In this document: positions 1 to 10,600 of the stretch, piece by piece
How positions within the stretch are numbered: position 1 is the first letter of the stretch
Layout: each line of letters begins with the position of its first letter
Assembly: GCA_021498095.1 (NCBI GenBank)
Contig: JAIZWK010000001.1
Span: forward strand, 1,950,001-1,982,000
DNA: 32,000 nucleotides
Source: Candidatus Harpocratesius repetitus
GTDB taxonomy: Archaea; Asgardarchaeota; Lokiarchaeia; Sigyniarchaeales; Promethearchaeaceae
Direction of reading: 5' to 3'
Made by a program: the position numbers and the translations under genes
Notes under the pieces: model-generated
The model's database searches: none
What the model saw: the letters and a program-made list of their open reading frames with translations, nothing else
What the model was told of the DNA's origin: nothing

Positions 1-578
1 CGAGTAAGCCAATGCATAAGTGCAATCTTATTTCGATAATCTAGATGAATAGATGGTTCATCTAATATCAAAATTTTCGGTTGTAAAGCGATTATTGACG
101 CCAATATAACTCGTTGTTTTTGACCTGCAGACAAATTCATGGGAATTCTGTCTTTTAGATCGATAATATTCAAATTTTGTAAAGCATCTAAGGCTAATTT
201 AGGATTCATTTTTAGATTAAGAAGCCCGAATTTCACTTCATCTAAAACGGTATTGCTGAATAATTGAGCATTTAAATCTTGAAAAACCATACCAGTTGTT
301 TGGGCTAAAGAGGCTAATTTTGTTTTGTGTACAAGGTGACCATCAACAATAATTTCTCCTGAATATCTATTTCCTTTAATGGCATGAGGAATAATTCCTT
401 TTATTAAATATGCTAAAGTAGTCTTTCCAGAGCCTGAATTACCTGCAATGCCCAGTATCTCTCCTTTGTTAATTGAAAAATTAATATTTTCATAGATAGA
501 TCGTGATTTCTCATAAGAAAAGGATACATTGTGAAATTCTATGATAGGAGAAGGAGAATCGTTTGAATCTTGTTTCAT
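1..578 (-). CDS. ABC-family ATPase, EcfA/CbiO-like energy-coupling-factor ATPase (partial, runs off left edge)
   Basis: Not in the ORF track; translated by hand from ATG at 578: MKQDSNDSPSPIIEFHNVSFSY... Walker A GNSGSGKTT, Q-loop GMVFQD, signature LSAGQKQRV, Walker B ILILDEP. GGTGAT SD motif at 587-592 (minus). Lies downstream of a small polytopic membrane gene. Confidence 0.9.
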   Translation of the reverse strand, partial: MKQDSNDSPSPIIEFHNVSFSYEKSRSIYENINFSINKGEILGIAGNSGSGKTTLAYLIKGIIPHAIKGNRYSGEIIVDGHLVHKTKLASLAQTTGMVFQDLNAQLFSNTVLDEVKFGLLNLKMNPKLALDALQNLNIIDLKDRIPMNLSAGQKQRVILASIIALQPKILILDEPSIHLDYRNKIALMHWLT

Positions 579-720
579 TGTTGTAGATCACCTAATTATT
601 GGTTATCCATAATAAAAAAAAGAGTATATTATTGTTAAAAAAAAGGACACTCTTTCAATTATTCATTTCTCTCAATTAATAATAATCAATCAAACTCCTC
701 AGAGATGAAAGTGACTATTT

Positions 721-1413
721 TTACATTTGAGAAAAGCGCGCATAAATTGCTGTTTTTTTAAGTTTTAAAAATAATCCCCATGAAATATAACACATAATTA
801 TTGTGGGTAAACTTGATGTGATTCCACAAACAAGGGAAAATTTAACCAAATTCCAAGAAATCCCCGTGACTGGAATTGAAACAAAACTACTGATATTCCA
901 AAACGCATTAAATAAATTACTAAAACCCATTACATAAGGAAATTGGAAAAGGGTCCAAATAGTAAAAGTAGATAACCACCAAATAGTACTACCTAAAATG
1001 CCAACCAAAATTGGGCGAATAATCCGAATTTTAATAAGATATACTGCATCCAATACAATACCAATAATTATTCCTACAACGATTTTATAAATTCCTGGGA
1101 CTGAACCAAAAAAAGTTGTAGGTGCCGCAATGGTGCCAAAAATTATCATATAAAGAGTTAATGATCCAAAACGATCATCTATGAGATATTTGGTAAGTGA
1201 AATAAATAAAAAATTAAGTGGAAGCATAATCAGAACCCCTGCAATTATATGTGAAAAAAGCAGGATGAATGAAGGACTTAATAATAAATCAATTCCAACG
1301 TTTGTTGCACTCATCAGTGCAATGAAAATTATATTAACTAAACTTAATGATTTTTTTACATTTTGATGTGTTTCTTGTTTTAAAAGCGGAGAAGATCTGT
1401 TTTTTTCAGTCAT
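721..1413 (-). CDS. Polytopic membrane protein, putative ECF transporter substrate-binding (S) component
   Basis: About 230 aa with about 6 hydrophobic helices. Directly upstream of, and co-oriented with, the EcfA-like ATPase. I prefer ATG 1413 (MTEKNR) over the track's TTG at 1422. Substrate unknown. Confidence 0.6.
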   Translation of the reverse strand: MTEKNRSSPLLKQETHQNVKKSLSLVNIIFIALMSATNVGIDLLLSPSFILLFSHIIAGVLIMLPLNFLFISLTKYLIDDRFGSLTLYMIIFGTIAAPTTFFGSVPGIYKIVVGIIIGIVLDAVYLIKIRIIRPILVGILGSTIWWLSTFTIWTLFQFPYVMGFSNLFNAFWNISSFVSIPVTGISWNLVKFSLVCGITSSLPTIIMCYISWGLFLKLKKTAIYARFSQM

Positions 1414-1628
1414 TATAATCAATGATAGAATAAGTTCAGTATTATCTAAATGCTTGTAAAATGATTATTACATATTTGATTTTCACCATTTGAGGATCAA
1501 AGATGATCATCTAATTGTCATTTTTCGATCTTTTTTATTAGATAATATGAATTATAATCAAAAGTCGAAGATAATCAGAAGAAAGTAAAAAAAATAGAGG
1601 TAAAAAAAATTAAGAAATCGTAGGAAAA

Positions 1629-3125
1629 TTATCGTCGTTTCCCTGCTTTATGGATTGCCATTCCGTGAGTATCTTCAACAGCTTCTAAAACTATCTCACT
1701 TAATGTAGGATGAGAGTGAATGACACTAGCTAGCTGATGAGTGGTCAATCCTAAACGCATTGCTACAGAAATCTCTGAAATTAATTCTGGTGCAGCTTCA
1801 CCAATACATGATGCACCAACAATTAGATCTGTGTGTGCATCGACAATGACCATCATGAATCCATTTTCTTCTGCCATACATTTTGCTTTGCCAGAACTGG
1901 CGTATGAAAATCGGCCAATTAAAATATCACCATATTTTTCTTTTGCTTCTTTTTGTCGTAATCCAACAGAACCAATATTTGGGTGAGTAAATGTTGTGGC
2001 TGGTACAGTGTTGAAATCTGCTTTCTGAGGATAAACTCCTTTAAATCCTCCAATACTGCTTAATGCATTCATAACTGCAATATCTCCTTGATAAGATGCA
2101 AAATGTGCTAACATCAATATTCCTGTACAATCACCAATTGCGTAAATTCCCGGAAAACTGGTTTCCATTGTTTCATGGTTAATTGGAATAGAACCTCGTT
2201 GAAGTTTTATTTGAAACTTTTCCAATCCTAATCCATCAGTGTATTTTTGTCTTCCAATACTAACCAAACACATTTCTGCTTCTATAACTTGTTTTTCGGC
2301 TTGTTCTATTTGATCTCGTTGGGTTTTTGCATCGCAAACTACTGCTTGAACTCCATTTTCTGTTGTTTTAACTGAAAGAACATTTTTTGATTCGTGAATA
2401 TCAATTCCAAGATGTTTTAATTTCTTTTTAAGAGTTTTAACAACTAGTTTTTCTTCATTAGCTAATATTGTAGGAAGATATTCTAAAATCGTCACCTTTG
2501 TCCCGAACTCAGCAAAAATATTCGCAAATTCACAACCAATTACTCCTCCTCCTATTATAATAAGAGTTTTTGGTAATGTTTTAAAATCTGAACGGAGAAT
2601 ATCATCAGAATCAAGGATTCTTTTATGATCAATATTGAATGCAGGAATTGCTGCTGGTTTAGAACCTGTTGCAATTATGATTCTTTTAGCTTTAATTTGA
2701 ATATTTGAGCCATCATCTTTCTGAATATTGACTGTAATGTTTGTATAAATATTACCTTCCACTAAAGAGCCGAATCCTTTAAAGACTTGAACTTTTTTAA
2801 CTTTACACAGTTGAGCAATACCATCAGTCAGTTCTTTTACAACCTGATTTTTTCGTTCAACTGCTTTTGCAAAATCATACTCAATCGGACCTTTAACATG
2901 TATACCAAGGAGATCTGCCTTTTCTTTTAAATCAGCAATCATTTTTGCAGATGAATAGAGGGCTTTTGTTGGAATGCAGCCCCAATTACTGCATGTACCT
3001 CCCAGTCGGGACTCCTTCTCAATTAGTGCAACTTTAGCACCATAAGAAGCTGCTCGAAGAGCTGCATGGTATCCTCCTGGTCCAGAGCCAATTATCGCAA
3101 GATCATAAATATCTTCAACACACAT
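1629..3125 (-). CDS. lpdA: Dihydrolipoamide dehydrogenase (E3 / L-protein)
   Basis: FAD motif IGSGPGGY, redox disulfide GGTCSNWGCIPTK, NAD motif IIGGGVIGCE, YAIGD, C-terminal HSHPTLSE catalytic His-Glu dyad. Confidence 0.95.
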   Translation of the reverse strand: MCVEDIYDLAIIGSGPGGYHAALRAASYGAKVALIEKESRLGGTCSNWGCIPTKALYSSAKMIADLKEKADLLGIHVKGPIEYDFAKAVERKNQVVKELTDGIAQLCKVKKVQVFKGFGSLVEGNIYTNITVNIQKDDGSNIQIKAKRIIIATGSKPAAIPAFNIDHKRILDSDDILRSDFKTLPKTLIIIGGGVIGCEFANIFAEFGTKVTILEYLPTILANEEKLVVKTLKKKLKHLGIDIHESKNVLSVKTTENGVQAVVCDAKTQRDQIEQAEKQVIEAEMCLVSIGRQKYTDGLGLEKFQIKLQRGSIPINHETMETSFPGIYAIGDCTGILMLAHFASYQGDIAVMNALSSIGGFKGVYPQKADFNTVPATTFTHPNIGSVGLRQKEAKEKYGDILIGRFSYASSGKAKCMAEENGFMMVIVDAHTDLIVGASCIGEAAPELISEISVAMRLGLTTHQLASVIHSHPTLSEIVLEAVEDTHGMAIHKAGKRR

Positions 3126-3356
3126 AAATACTTCAAAACGGAATTAAACAAAAATCTTACGAAAAAAGTTCAAAAGGATCGTTTCTTAGCTCATTCTGCA
3201 GTGAATTTAATGGTGATTTGCAAATTTTCGATAATTAATCAAATTCTTATGTCGAAAATCAAATAATTGATCATAAATTTTCGTCATTAGAATATAGTTG
3301 TTATTCATATAGATAATTTATTTAAAAATTAAAAATAATATTATTAGTAAATAAAA

Positions 3357-4736
3357 ATGATACTTACAACCCCAGATGAGAAATCATTAGTTATTTCAAA
3401 AAAAAGAGCGTCAAGGCTAATATCTATTGATTTTTTACGCGGTTTATCAATGCTATGTTTAATTTTTTTTCATGCTTTTGAAAAAACAATTTCATCTGAC
3501 TTCTATGATCAGTTTTTTCAATTACCCAAGTTTCAATTTGTTTTATTAGGAATATTTTTTTATTTTGCAACTTGGAGAAGTGTTTTTCTCATAATATCTG
3601 CGATTGTTTTAATGTATACATGGCAAAAAGCGACCCAAAAGGGCGTACCTTCTTATAAATTGTATTTCCAAACCATCCTTTGGGCTATTTTGCTGTTTGG
3701 TCAAGGAATAATGATTCAAGTTTTTTGGAATCCTTATACTGGTCTTTATCAATGGATAAATACAGGAGAAGCAAATATTTCAAGATGGTTGAGAGGAGTA
3801 CAATGGTCTGATGCAGTGGAAACCATAGCAATTGGGATTTTTTTAACTGCAAATATTCAATTTTTATTGGATATTATATTAAAACCTTTAAAAAATAAGA
3901 ATCGTTCTATTTCAAATATTCAAGTTGCGGTTTATATCATTTTCTTCTTTATTACATTATTTTCAACTAAGTATCTAGGAAATTGGGTTCTTAATACCTA
4001 TGGTTTGGGTATTAATCAAATTCAAAGTGCTCCAGCTAGTTCATTTAGCGATAGTATGAAATATTTAGGATTAGCACTGTTAGTGGGATATCAAGAACCT
4101 ATTTTTCCTTATTTTACGGCTACTTGCATTGGAAATATAATCGGAATCATGCTTACTGTTCCAATTTTTAACCGAAAAAGATTTTTGTTACGAGGTTTTA
4201 CACTAAGTTTTATTTTATTAATTACTGGATTTGGTTGGTGGATTTTCCATGATCATTTGTACTTTGGAGGAATGTTTATGATTCCACCAGATTGGTTGTT
4301 ACTTGTAAATACCGGCATTCAACTAGCAGTTATTTTAATCTTTTTATGGGTTTTTGATTTAAATACAGATCATACCATTAAAGAAAAACATCGTAATAGA
4401 ACTAAAATAATTCGGAGTGCAGGAGTAATTTCGTTAACAATATTTTCTCTACAAGCGGTAGATTATATACCTCGATGGATCTTAAGCAAAATATTTAACA
4501 AAGATTTCTTAGGGTTTGGAAAACTTTCCTTAGGTTATGCTATCATCTGTGGATTTGGTGCTTTGTTATTCTGGATTATTTTAATAATAATCTGGAGAAA
4601 GATTTATTTTATCGGATCTTTTGATTGGTTTTTTGCTTTAATTAGAAGGAAAATAAAAAATAGTCCAGTTTCATGGAAAGATCCTCTATTGTCTAATATT
4701 ATAATATATCAACCAGATTTTGCATTTAAATACTAA
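3357..4736 (+). CDS. Polytopic membrane acyltransferase-like protein (DUF1624 / HGSNAT-catalytic-domain-like)
   Basis: N-terminal RLISIDFLRGLSMLCLIFFH matches the RxxxxDxLRGxxxxxMxxxH pattern of this clan. About 11-12 TM segments. Confidence 0.65.
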   Translation: MILTTPDEKSLVISKKRASRLISIDFLRGLSMLCLIFFHAFEKTISSDFYDQFFQLPKFQFVLLGIFFYFATWRSVFLIISAIVLMYTWQKATQKGVPSYKLYFQTILWAILLFGQGIMIQVFWNPYTGLYQWINTGEANISRWLRGVQWSDAVETIAIGIFLTANIQFLLDIILKPLKNKNRSISNIQVAVYIIFFFITLFSTKYLGNWVLNTYGLGINQIQSAPASSFSDSMKYLGLALLVGYQEPIFPYFTATCIGNIIGIMLTVPIFNRKRFLLRGFTLSFILLITGFGWWIFHDHLYFGGMFMIPPDWLLLVNTGIQLAVILIFLWVFDLNTDHTIKEKHRNRTKIIRSAGVISLTIFSLQAVDYIPRWILSKIFNKDFLGFGKLSLGYAIICGFGALLFWIILIIIWRKIYFIGSFDWFFALIRRKIKNSPVSWKDPLLSNIIIYQPDFAFKY

Positions 4737-5078
4737 AAAACAAAAAGATTTTTTAATTTTTCTTGGATCTCCAATAATTAGGATTTTATTACCGTCTATA
4801 TCCCAACAATCGAACATTGAAACCATTTTGGGAATATCCCTAATTTCAGAAATACGAACTCCATTTTTTTTTAAATATTCTTGAGTTACTTCGAGATTAT
4901 TTACATTCAAAGTTAATGTAGTGGATCCATGAATAATTTCTCCTTCTTTCTTAAGATCTAACCCAATTCGAACTCCTTTTACAGGAAGTTCAAGTTCGCA
5001 CCATCCAACTTCATCTCCCCCTTCCCAAGCAATAGAAAAACCAAAAATAATTGTATAGAACTTTTTTGCTCTGTTCAT
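4686..5078 (-). CDS. VOC / glyoxalase-bleomycin-resistance family protein, possibly N-terminally truncated
   Basis: RAKKFY..IFGF, then LNVNNLEVTQEYLKKNGV and MFDCWDIDGNKILI (the F.D.DGN pattern). Overlaps the convergent gene's 3' end by 51 bp. Confidence 0.75.
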   Translation of the reverse strand: MNRAKKFYTIIFGFSIAWEGGDEVGWCELELPVKGVRIGLDLKKEGEIIHGSTTLTLNVNNLEVTQEYLKKNGVRISEIRDIPKMVSMFDCWDIDGNKILIIGDPRKIKKSFCFLVFKCKIWLIYYNIRQ

Positions 5079-5154
5079 ATCTTGTTACTCTATAAATACC
5101 ATTTTAGAACAATCTCTTCGGTCTTTTTTCTTGTACTTACTACATATATTAAAA

Positions 5155-6093
5155 TTAATCCTTAAATTTTAGTTCATTATCGAGATCTTCTTCATTATCT
5201 TTAATATCACTTTTTAAAGGACCTCGTGAAACTTTAATTTCATACTGTTTATCCAAAGGCTTAAGTTGATCTACAAATCGATCTTTTAATAGATAAAAGA
5301 GAATTGCTTCAATCGTTGCTGCAAAAAAGAAGAAACTTTTTCCAAATGCTATATTTACCTCTGGATCGTTTGGGGTATATTTTTCTATTACATAAATCCA
5401 AATACTCACAAATAACCCAATTGCTCCTATAATTAACGCAAAGTTTCGACGAATTTCTTTACGTATTGGACCAATATTTGCTACTGAAGGATGAAATTCA
5501 GAACGATAGAATTCAAATGAAAACATTCCAAATCGAAAAGTCTTTATTGTAAAAAGAAGAATACCAATGCTGACTAAAATTGTGCTGTGAAATTGAATAT
5601 TTAGGATGAAATCTTCAAAACCAGTTGTATGAACAGGATATTCCCAAAGGAAGAAGAATGTTAGAAATTGGGAAAATGAATAAACTGCAAATATAAAAAT
5701 ATATCCATAAACCAAATAGCTAAAGTAGAGCACAATTGGAGCTGTCCATTTATATTTTTTATAAGCTTCTGCAGATTCTGTTTGTTCTCCTACGTATTCT
5801 AAAGTTCCACCAATTATTCCAAATCCTGCAAGAATGTAAACAATAAAGCTAAAAACATAGGCTGTTTTAAAATGAAGCAAATTTTGAAAATAGTTTTCAA
5901 TATTGTTTAGAATTGTATTCCAATCAGGATGATCTGTTAGAAAATAAATAACTATAGTAAGAATAATTGAGACTATTAAATAAACAAAAAAGATTATTTT
6001 ATTTTCCATTTTATAAAATATCCTACCTAAAATTGGACATATTATCCCCACCACTACGATTATAAGAAGAAGAATCCAAATACTTATCTCCAT
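5155..6093 (-). CDS. Hypothetical polytopic membrane protein
   Basis: 312-aa ORF with about 7-8 hydrophobic segments and a charged C-terminal tail. No family motif recognised. Confidence 0.75.
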   Translation of the reverse strand: MEISIWILLLIIVVVGIICPILGRIFYKMENKIIFFVYLIVSIILTIVIYFLTDHPDWNTILNNIENYFQNLLHFKTAYVFSFIVYILAGFGIIGGTLEYVGEQTESAEAYKKYKWTAPIVLYFSYLVYGYIFIFAVYSFSQFLTFFFLWEYPVHTTGFEDFILNIQFHSTILVSIGILLFTIKTFRFGMFSFEFYRSEFHPSVANIGPIRKEIRRNFALIIGAIGLFVSIWIYVIEKYTPNDPEVNIAFGKSFFFFAATIEAILFYLLKDRFVDQLKPLDKQYEIKVSRGPLKSDIKDNEEDLDNELKFKD

Positions 6094-6247
6094 AACTAGA
6101 ATCTTAGTTGGATCTCCTTTTCAAGATTTGCCTTTTTTTAAATATTAAAACTTATGAGGCTCTAGCAATTTTTTTTATCTTAATCAAATTCTATCTTTTG
6201 GACCAATATTTTCGACAATATTCCAGCGCATCCAATTACTATTTTAG

Positions 6248-6444
6248 TCGGTATTTTTAAACCCTTAAATGCGGTCAAGAATTTCACATTTCCATCATTT
6301 TTCTTTGAATTATTGACTTAATTATATATTTTTTTCTTAAGCGATGTTTCGACAAATTTAAAATTGGGATAGATTTGGGTTTTGTGGATAGTCGATGCAA
6401 GATTTTCGGATTTCCTTCAATTTTTTAAATTCTGCTATAACCTC
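6248..6444. repeat. Dispersed 197-bp intergenic repeat, copy 1
   Basis: Ungapped manual alignment to 17003-17199 gives 24 mismatches in 197 nt, with identical blocks of 26, 34 and 36 nt. Confidence 0.95.
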
Positions 6445-6561
6445 TTATCAACAGCATAAAAATTTTTAATCAAACTTGATCAGTAAAAAATTATCATTAT
6501 CATTATAAATTGTTGTAACAAATTAACCTTAATAAAAGTTCTAACCTAGATTAATTTAACA

Positions 6562-7635
6562 ATGGAAATTGAAACTTTATTTGAAAATTTAATCAAGGGA
6601 GATAATCCCATCATACAAATTCAAGCTGCTTATGATTTGGGAAATCATCCAAATCATGAAAAAGCTTTAGATGCTCTTCTCAAAGGTTTAGTAGTACCTG
6701 ATTCTGATGTTAAGCTAACTATTTTGGATATTCTCCTTCAACCAGAATTTTTTGGTGAAAAAATAGTTCTTCCATTATGTGATTTACTAAAGGATGAAGA
6801 TGCAGAAGTGCGTTCACAAGCAGCAGAAATTTTAGGAACAACAAAAGATAATCGCGCAATTGCTCCATTAATTTCTTCGTTGCATGATTCTGATAAAGTT
6901 GTCAGATATGCAGCAATGGCTGCTTTAGCAAATATTGGGGATCGCAAATGCGTTCCTTCGATAGAAGAATTTGTAGATTCTGATGACTGGGAAGATCGTT
7001 ATCAAGCTGTCGATGCAATTGGAATGATTGCTTCCCCTCAATCAGTCCCTATTTTATTGAAAGCACTTCATGATCCAAAATGGAAGGTTCGTGAAAATGC
7101 TGCTTTAAGTGTAGGACATTATAATCAAAAAGAAATAATTCAAGCATTATTTCAATTACTGGATGATGATCAAGAAGAAGTCCAAGCAGCCGCTGTATAT
7201 ACTTTAGGTGATTTTCGAGCTAGGCAGGCTGTTCCTATTTTAATTGATTTCTTAAAATCTGATTCAGATGATTTACTTTTAGTAGCTTTAGAAGCTTTAT
7301 CAAAAATAAAAGATCCAACTTCCATTCCACCAATTATTACATTGTTAAACCATAATTCTCCTGAAATATCACGTGCAGCTCAAGAAACTCTTGATGTATT
7401 TAGGGATGTTGTTTTAATCGAACCACTAATCTCATCACTTCGAGAAGATCCAATTATTCGATATCTCACACACAGGTTAAAAAAAGTTTCTAATAATCAA
7501 AATAAAAAGAAATCTCTACATAATCTAATTAAAGAAATGCAACTTCCAATATGGGTTGAAATGCTTCTGAATGAAATTATGATTAAAGATCAAGAATCTG
7601 AAAGAGAATCAGAATTAGAAAATAGAGAATCATAG
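6562..7635 (+). CDS. HEAT / PBS-lyase-like repeat protein
   Basis: Tandem ~31-aa repeats such as LCDLLKDEDAEVRSQAAEILG, SSLHDSDKVVRYAAMAALA, KALHDPKWKVRENAALSVG and QLLDDDQEEVQAAAVYTLG. Confidence 0.92.
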   Translation: MEIETLFENLIKGDNPIIQIQAAYDLGNHPNHEKALDALLKGLVVPDSDVKLTILDILLQPEFFGEKIVLPLCDLLKDEDAEVRSQAAEILGTTKDNRAIAPLISSLHDSDKVVRYAAMAALANIGDRKCVPSIEEFVDSDDWEDRYQAVDAIGMIASPQSVPILLKALHDPKWKVRENAALSVGHYNQKEIIQALFQLLDDDQEEVQAAAVYTLGDFRARQAVPILIDFLKSDSDDLLLVALEALSKIKDPTSIPPIITLLNHNSPEISRAAQETLDVFRDVVLIEPLISSLREDPIIRYLTHRLKKVSNNQNKKKSLHNLIKEMQLPIWVEMLLNEIMIKDQESERESELENRES

Positions 7636-7689
7636 AATAAAATAGAAAAAAATGTTTGGATTAGATCCAAAAAAAGTGTATTTTAGAAA

Positions 7690-10600
7690 TTATGAATTTA
7701 ATTTTTCATTTTTTAATTTACGCGCTACTTTATCCGGATTTTCTTTCACTTGCTTGAGAAAATCTTCTTTTTGTTGTTTTGTTTCTTGAACCATTTCTTT
7801 TCTTAATTCTACATTTGCTTCTGCTTGACGCATTGCTTGCTTTAATGTATAATGCGCTTCTTTCAGATCATGTTCTTTTTTATAAATATCATAATCAATT
7901 GAAGCTTCTTTTGCACTTAGATAATATTGCAATTCATGTTTTTCTCGCTTTTCTTGTACCTGTGAGTAGTAGTTCTTAGCTTCGTTTAACAATTTTATTG
8001 CTTCATTAATATTTTTCTTTGCTTCTTTTAGATCTTTTTCTGCTTGAACACGTTCTTCACGTTCAGATACTAATTCTTTTTTCGTTTCTTCCCATTCGGA
8101 TAATTCGTCTTCTTTTGCTTTTAATTCGGTTTTTGCTAATTTCAATTGTTTCTTTGCATCTTCGAGTGCATCTTCTGCATCATTGAAAGTTGTTTGAGCA
8201 TCATCAAGTATTTTTTGAGGTTCTATTCTTTTTTGTTCTAATTTTTGAAGATCTTCTTCTTGTGCTTGTATTGTTTCTTTTATTTGTTTTATATCAATTT
8301 GTTGTTCTTCAAGTTTCTGCATTCGTTTCAATTTCTGCTCCAATTCATCTTGAAGTTTCTTTGTTTCTTTTATTTCACGCTTTTTATCTTTGATTTTGTC
8401 TCCTACTTCATCAAGTTTCAAAATTATTTCATCAATTGCATTTTGATCTATTGGATCTCTCTTCTTCTCTAGTTTTAGATCTGATTTTAATTCTTTTTCT
8501 TGAGCTTGAAGATTATCCAAATCCTTTTCCAAGATATCAAGTGCATTTACCTGCTCTAGATCTTGCTTAGCAATATTGTAATCTTCACTTGCATTTTTAA
8601 ATTCTGCTTTTAATTCTTCCCCTTTCTCAAGTAATTCCGACGATTTAGCTAATTCTTTTTTGGCTTTTTTGATTTGTTCATCAATTTCTTCTAAGTTCGA
8701 TTGTGCTTCATCTAACGCATTTTTAGCCAATTCAAATTCATTAAGTTTCTCTTCCTTTAACTTTTCCTTTGAACTAAGATTTTTTTGTGCTTTTTTTACT
8801 TCATCTGTTAATTTATTAATATTATCTTCAGCATTTTCGATATCAGCATCAATAACAGATATTTTGCGAGAAGAATCAACTGCATTTTGAGTTTCAGTTA
8901 GTTTATCTTGAGCCATTTCATGATATTGTTGTGCTTTTGTTAATTTTTCTTCTGCTTGTTTTTCAATTTTGGATGTATTAGCAAGCAATTTATAGTCTTC
9001 AAATTCCTTTTCTGCAGATTTTAAGGCGATTTTAGCTGCTTTGATAACAGGTTGGGCTAATTCTGCTCTCATTTTTAAATAATCAAGATTTTTCTCCACA
9101 GCCAAAATTTCTTTATTAACACTTTCGATATCTGATTCAATGGAAACTAAGCGTGCTTTCATATTATTAGTTTCATCTACTTTATTTTGAATTTCAGTGA
9201 GTTCTGCTTGTTGTTTTTCATATTTCTTCTGGACTTCTGCTAAGACTTTATCTTCTTTTTCAACTTTTTTCTGTAATTCTTCATAAGCCCTTAATTTGGT
9301 GTTGTATTCTTTCATTAAAATCTCCTTAACATCTTCATCTTCCGTTCCATCAGCAGTTTTAGGTATTTTTGGCTCTTTTGGAGGTTTTCTTGATTTAAAT
9401 TCTTTTAAAATAGTATTATAATTCAATTGTTGTTGTTTCAATTTTTGATTTTCTTGCTCAAGTAATTCTTGTTTTTGCGTTAGTTTTTCGTTAAGGTTTT
9501 TTGGAATTTTGTTAATTGCCTGTTCTAGTTCTTTTTGTTCATTTTCAAGAGATTTTAACTTATTTTTCAAGTTTTTCAATTGTTGTATTGCTGCTTCATA
9601 TTCCTGCTGTTCTAATTGAGATTTTTCAAATAGCAACTTCATATGGGCAAGTTTTTCTTCACTATTTTTCTCTTCTTCTTTTTCTTCTAAATCTTCAACT
9701 AAGCTTTCTTCTTTAGTTCCTTCACCTAATATTATTTTTTTAGAAAGCAGATAATTGTTAAGTGTATTTGTAATTATTTGTTCATTTTCAATTGTTTGTA
9801 ACATTTGATCTTTAATCTGTTTGCTTAATTCGGTTAACATTTCTTTTACTTCAACTAAAGTAAAAGAATGTTTTCTCACAAAACCTCGACGTTCTAAAAC
9901 CCATCCACTATACCAATAGTAAAAGCCAATATATACAATAACTACTACAAGAGAAGTTGCAATGTTTAATCCTTCTTTAGTTAAACCTTGTCCTGTAATG
10001 AGTGACCATTGTCCTCCCCAATAGCTGCCAACTAATAGAAACATCAAAAATGCAAGATTATATTCCGTAATTTTGGAACTTTTAAGTGTAGTCCGTATTT
10101 TTTTACCGAATCCTCGAAGTAAATTAAAAATTGTGATCAGCATTAATAAAATACTTGTTATCCAATCAATAATTTGACCTACTAGTTGATCTGGAGGATT
10201 TTCTCCTGAAATGGCACTCATTCCTATTCCTGTATTTAAAATCGAAAAGAGTTTCAAATAGAGGAAAATACTGAATATTAAAAAGAACATACCTGAGAAA
10301 ACATTTGGAGTATCATTCTTTTTGCTTAGTTTATAAAGCGAAATTTGTTTTGTGAGCAGAAATATTAATAAAACTAAAACTAAAACCGACCAAACTAGTA
10401 CAAATAGCAGTGAGTTATTTGCGAACCATACTTCAGGAAAATACCTTGTAAGGAATAATACAAAATCAGATAAACCTGTAATATTCGTTGCTTGGTCTTT
10501 CCATTCTCCATAATAAAATACTTCTGGTGTAAATTTACCTATAAAACTTGGAGGTGTGTCAGTAAAAATTTGATAAAATTCAGCTGTATCCATGAAAATA

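Noticed and set aside
7779-9716. Plus-strand ORFs of 66-76 aa (7779, 8190, 8245, 8660, 9516)
   Set aside because: They are Phe/Leu/Ser-rich antisense shadows of the Lys/Glu-rich coiled-coil gene.
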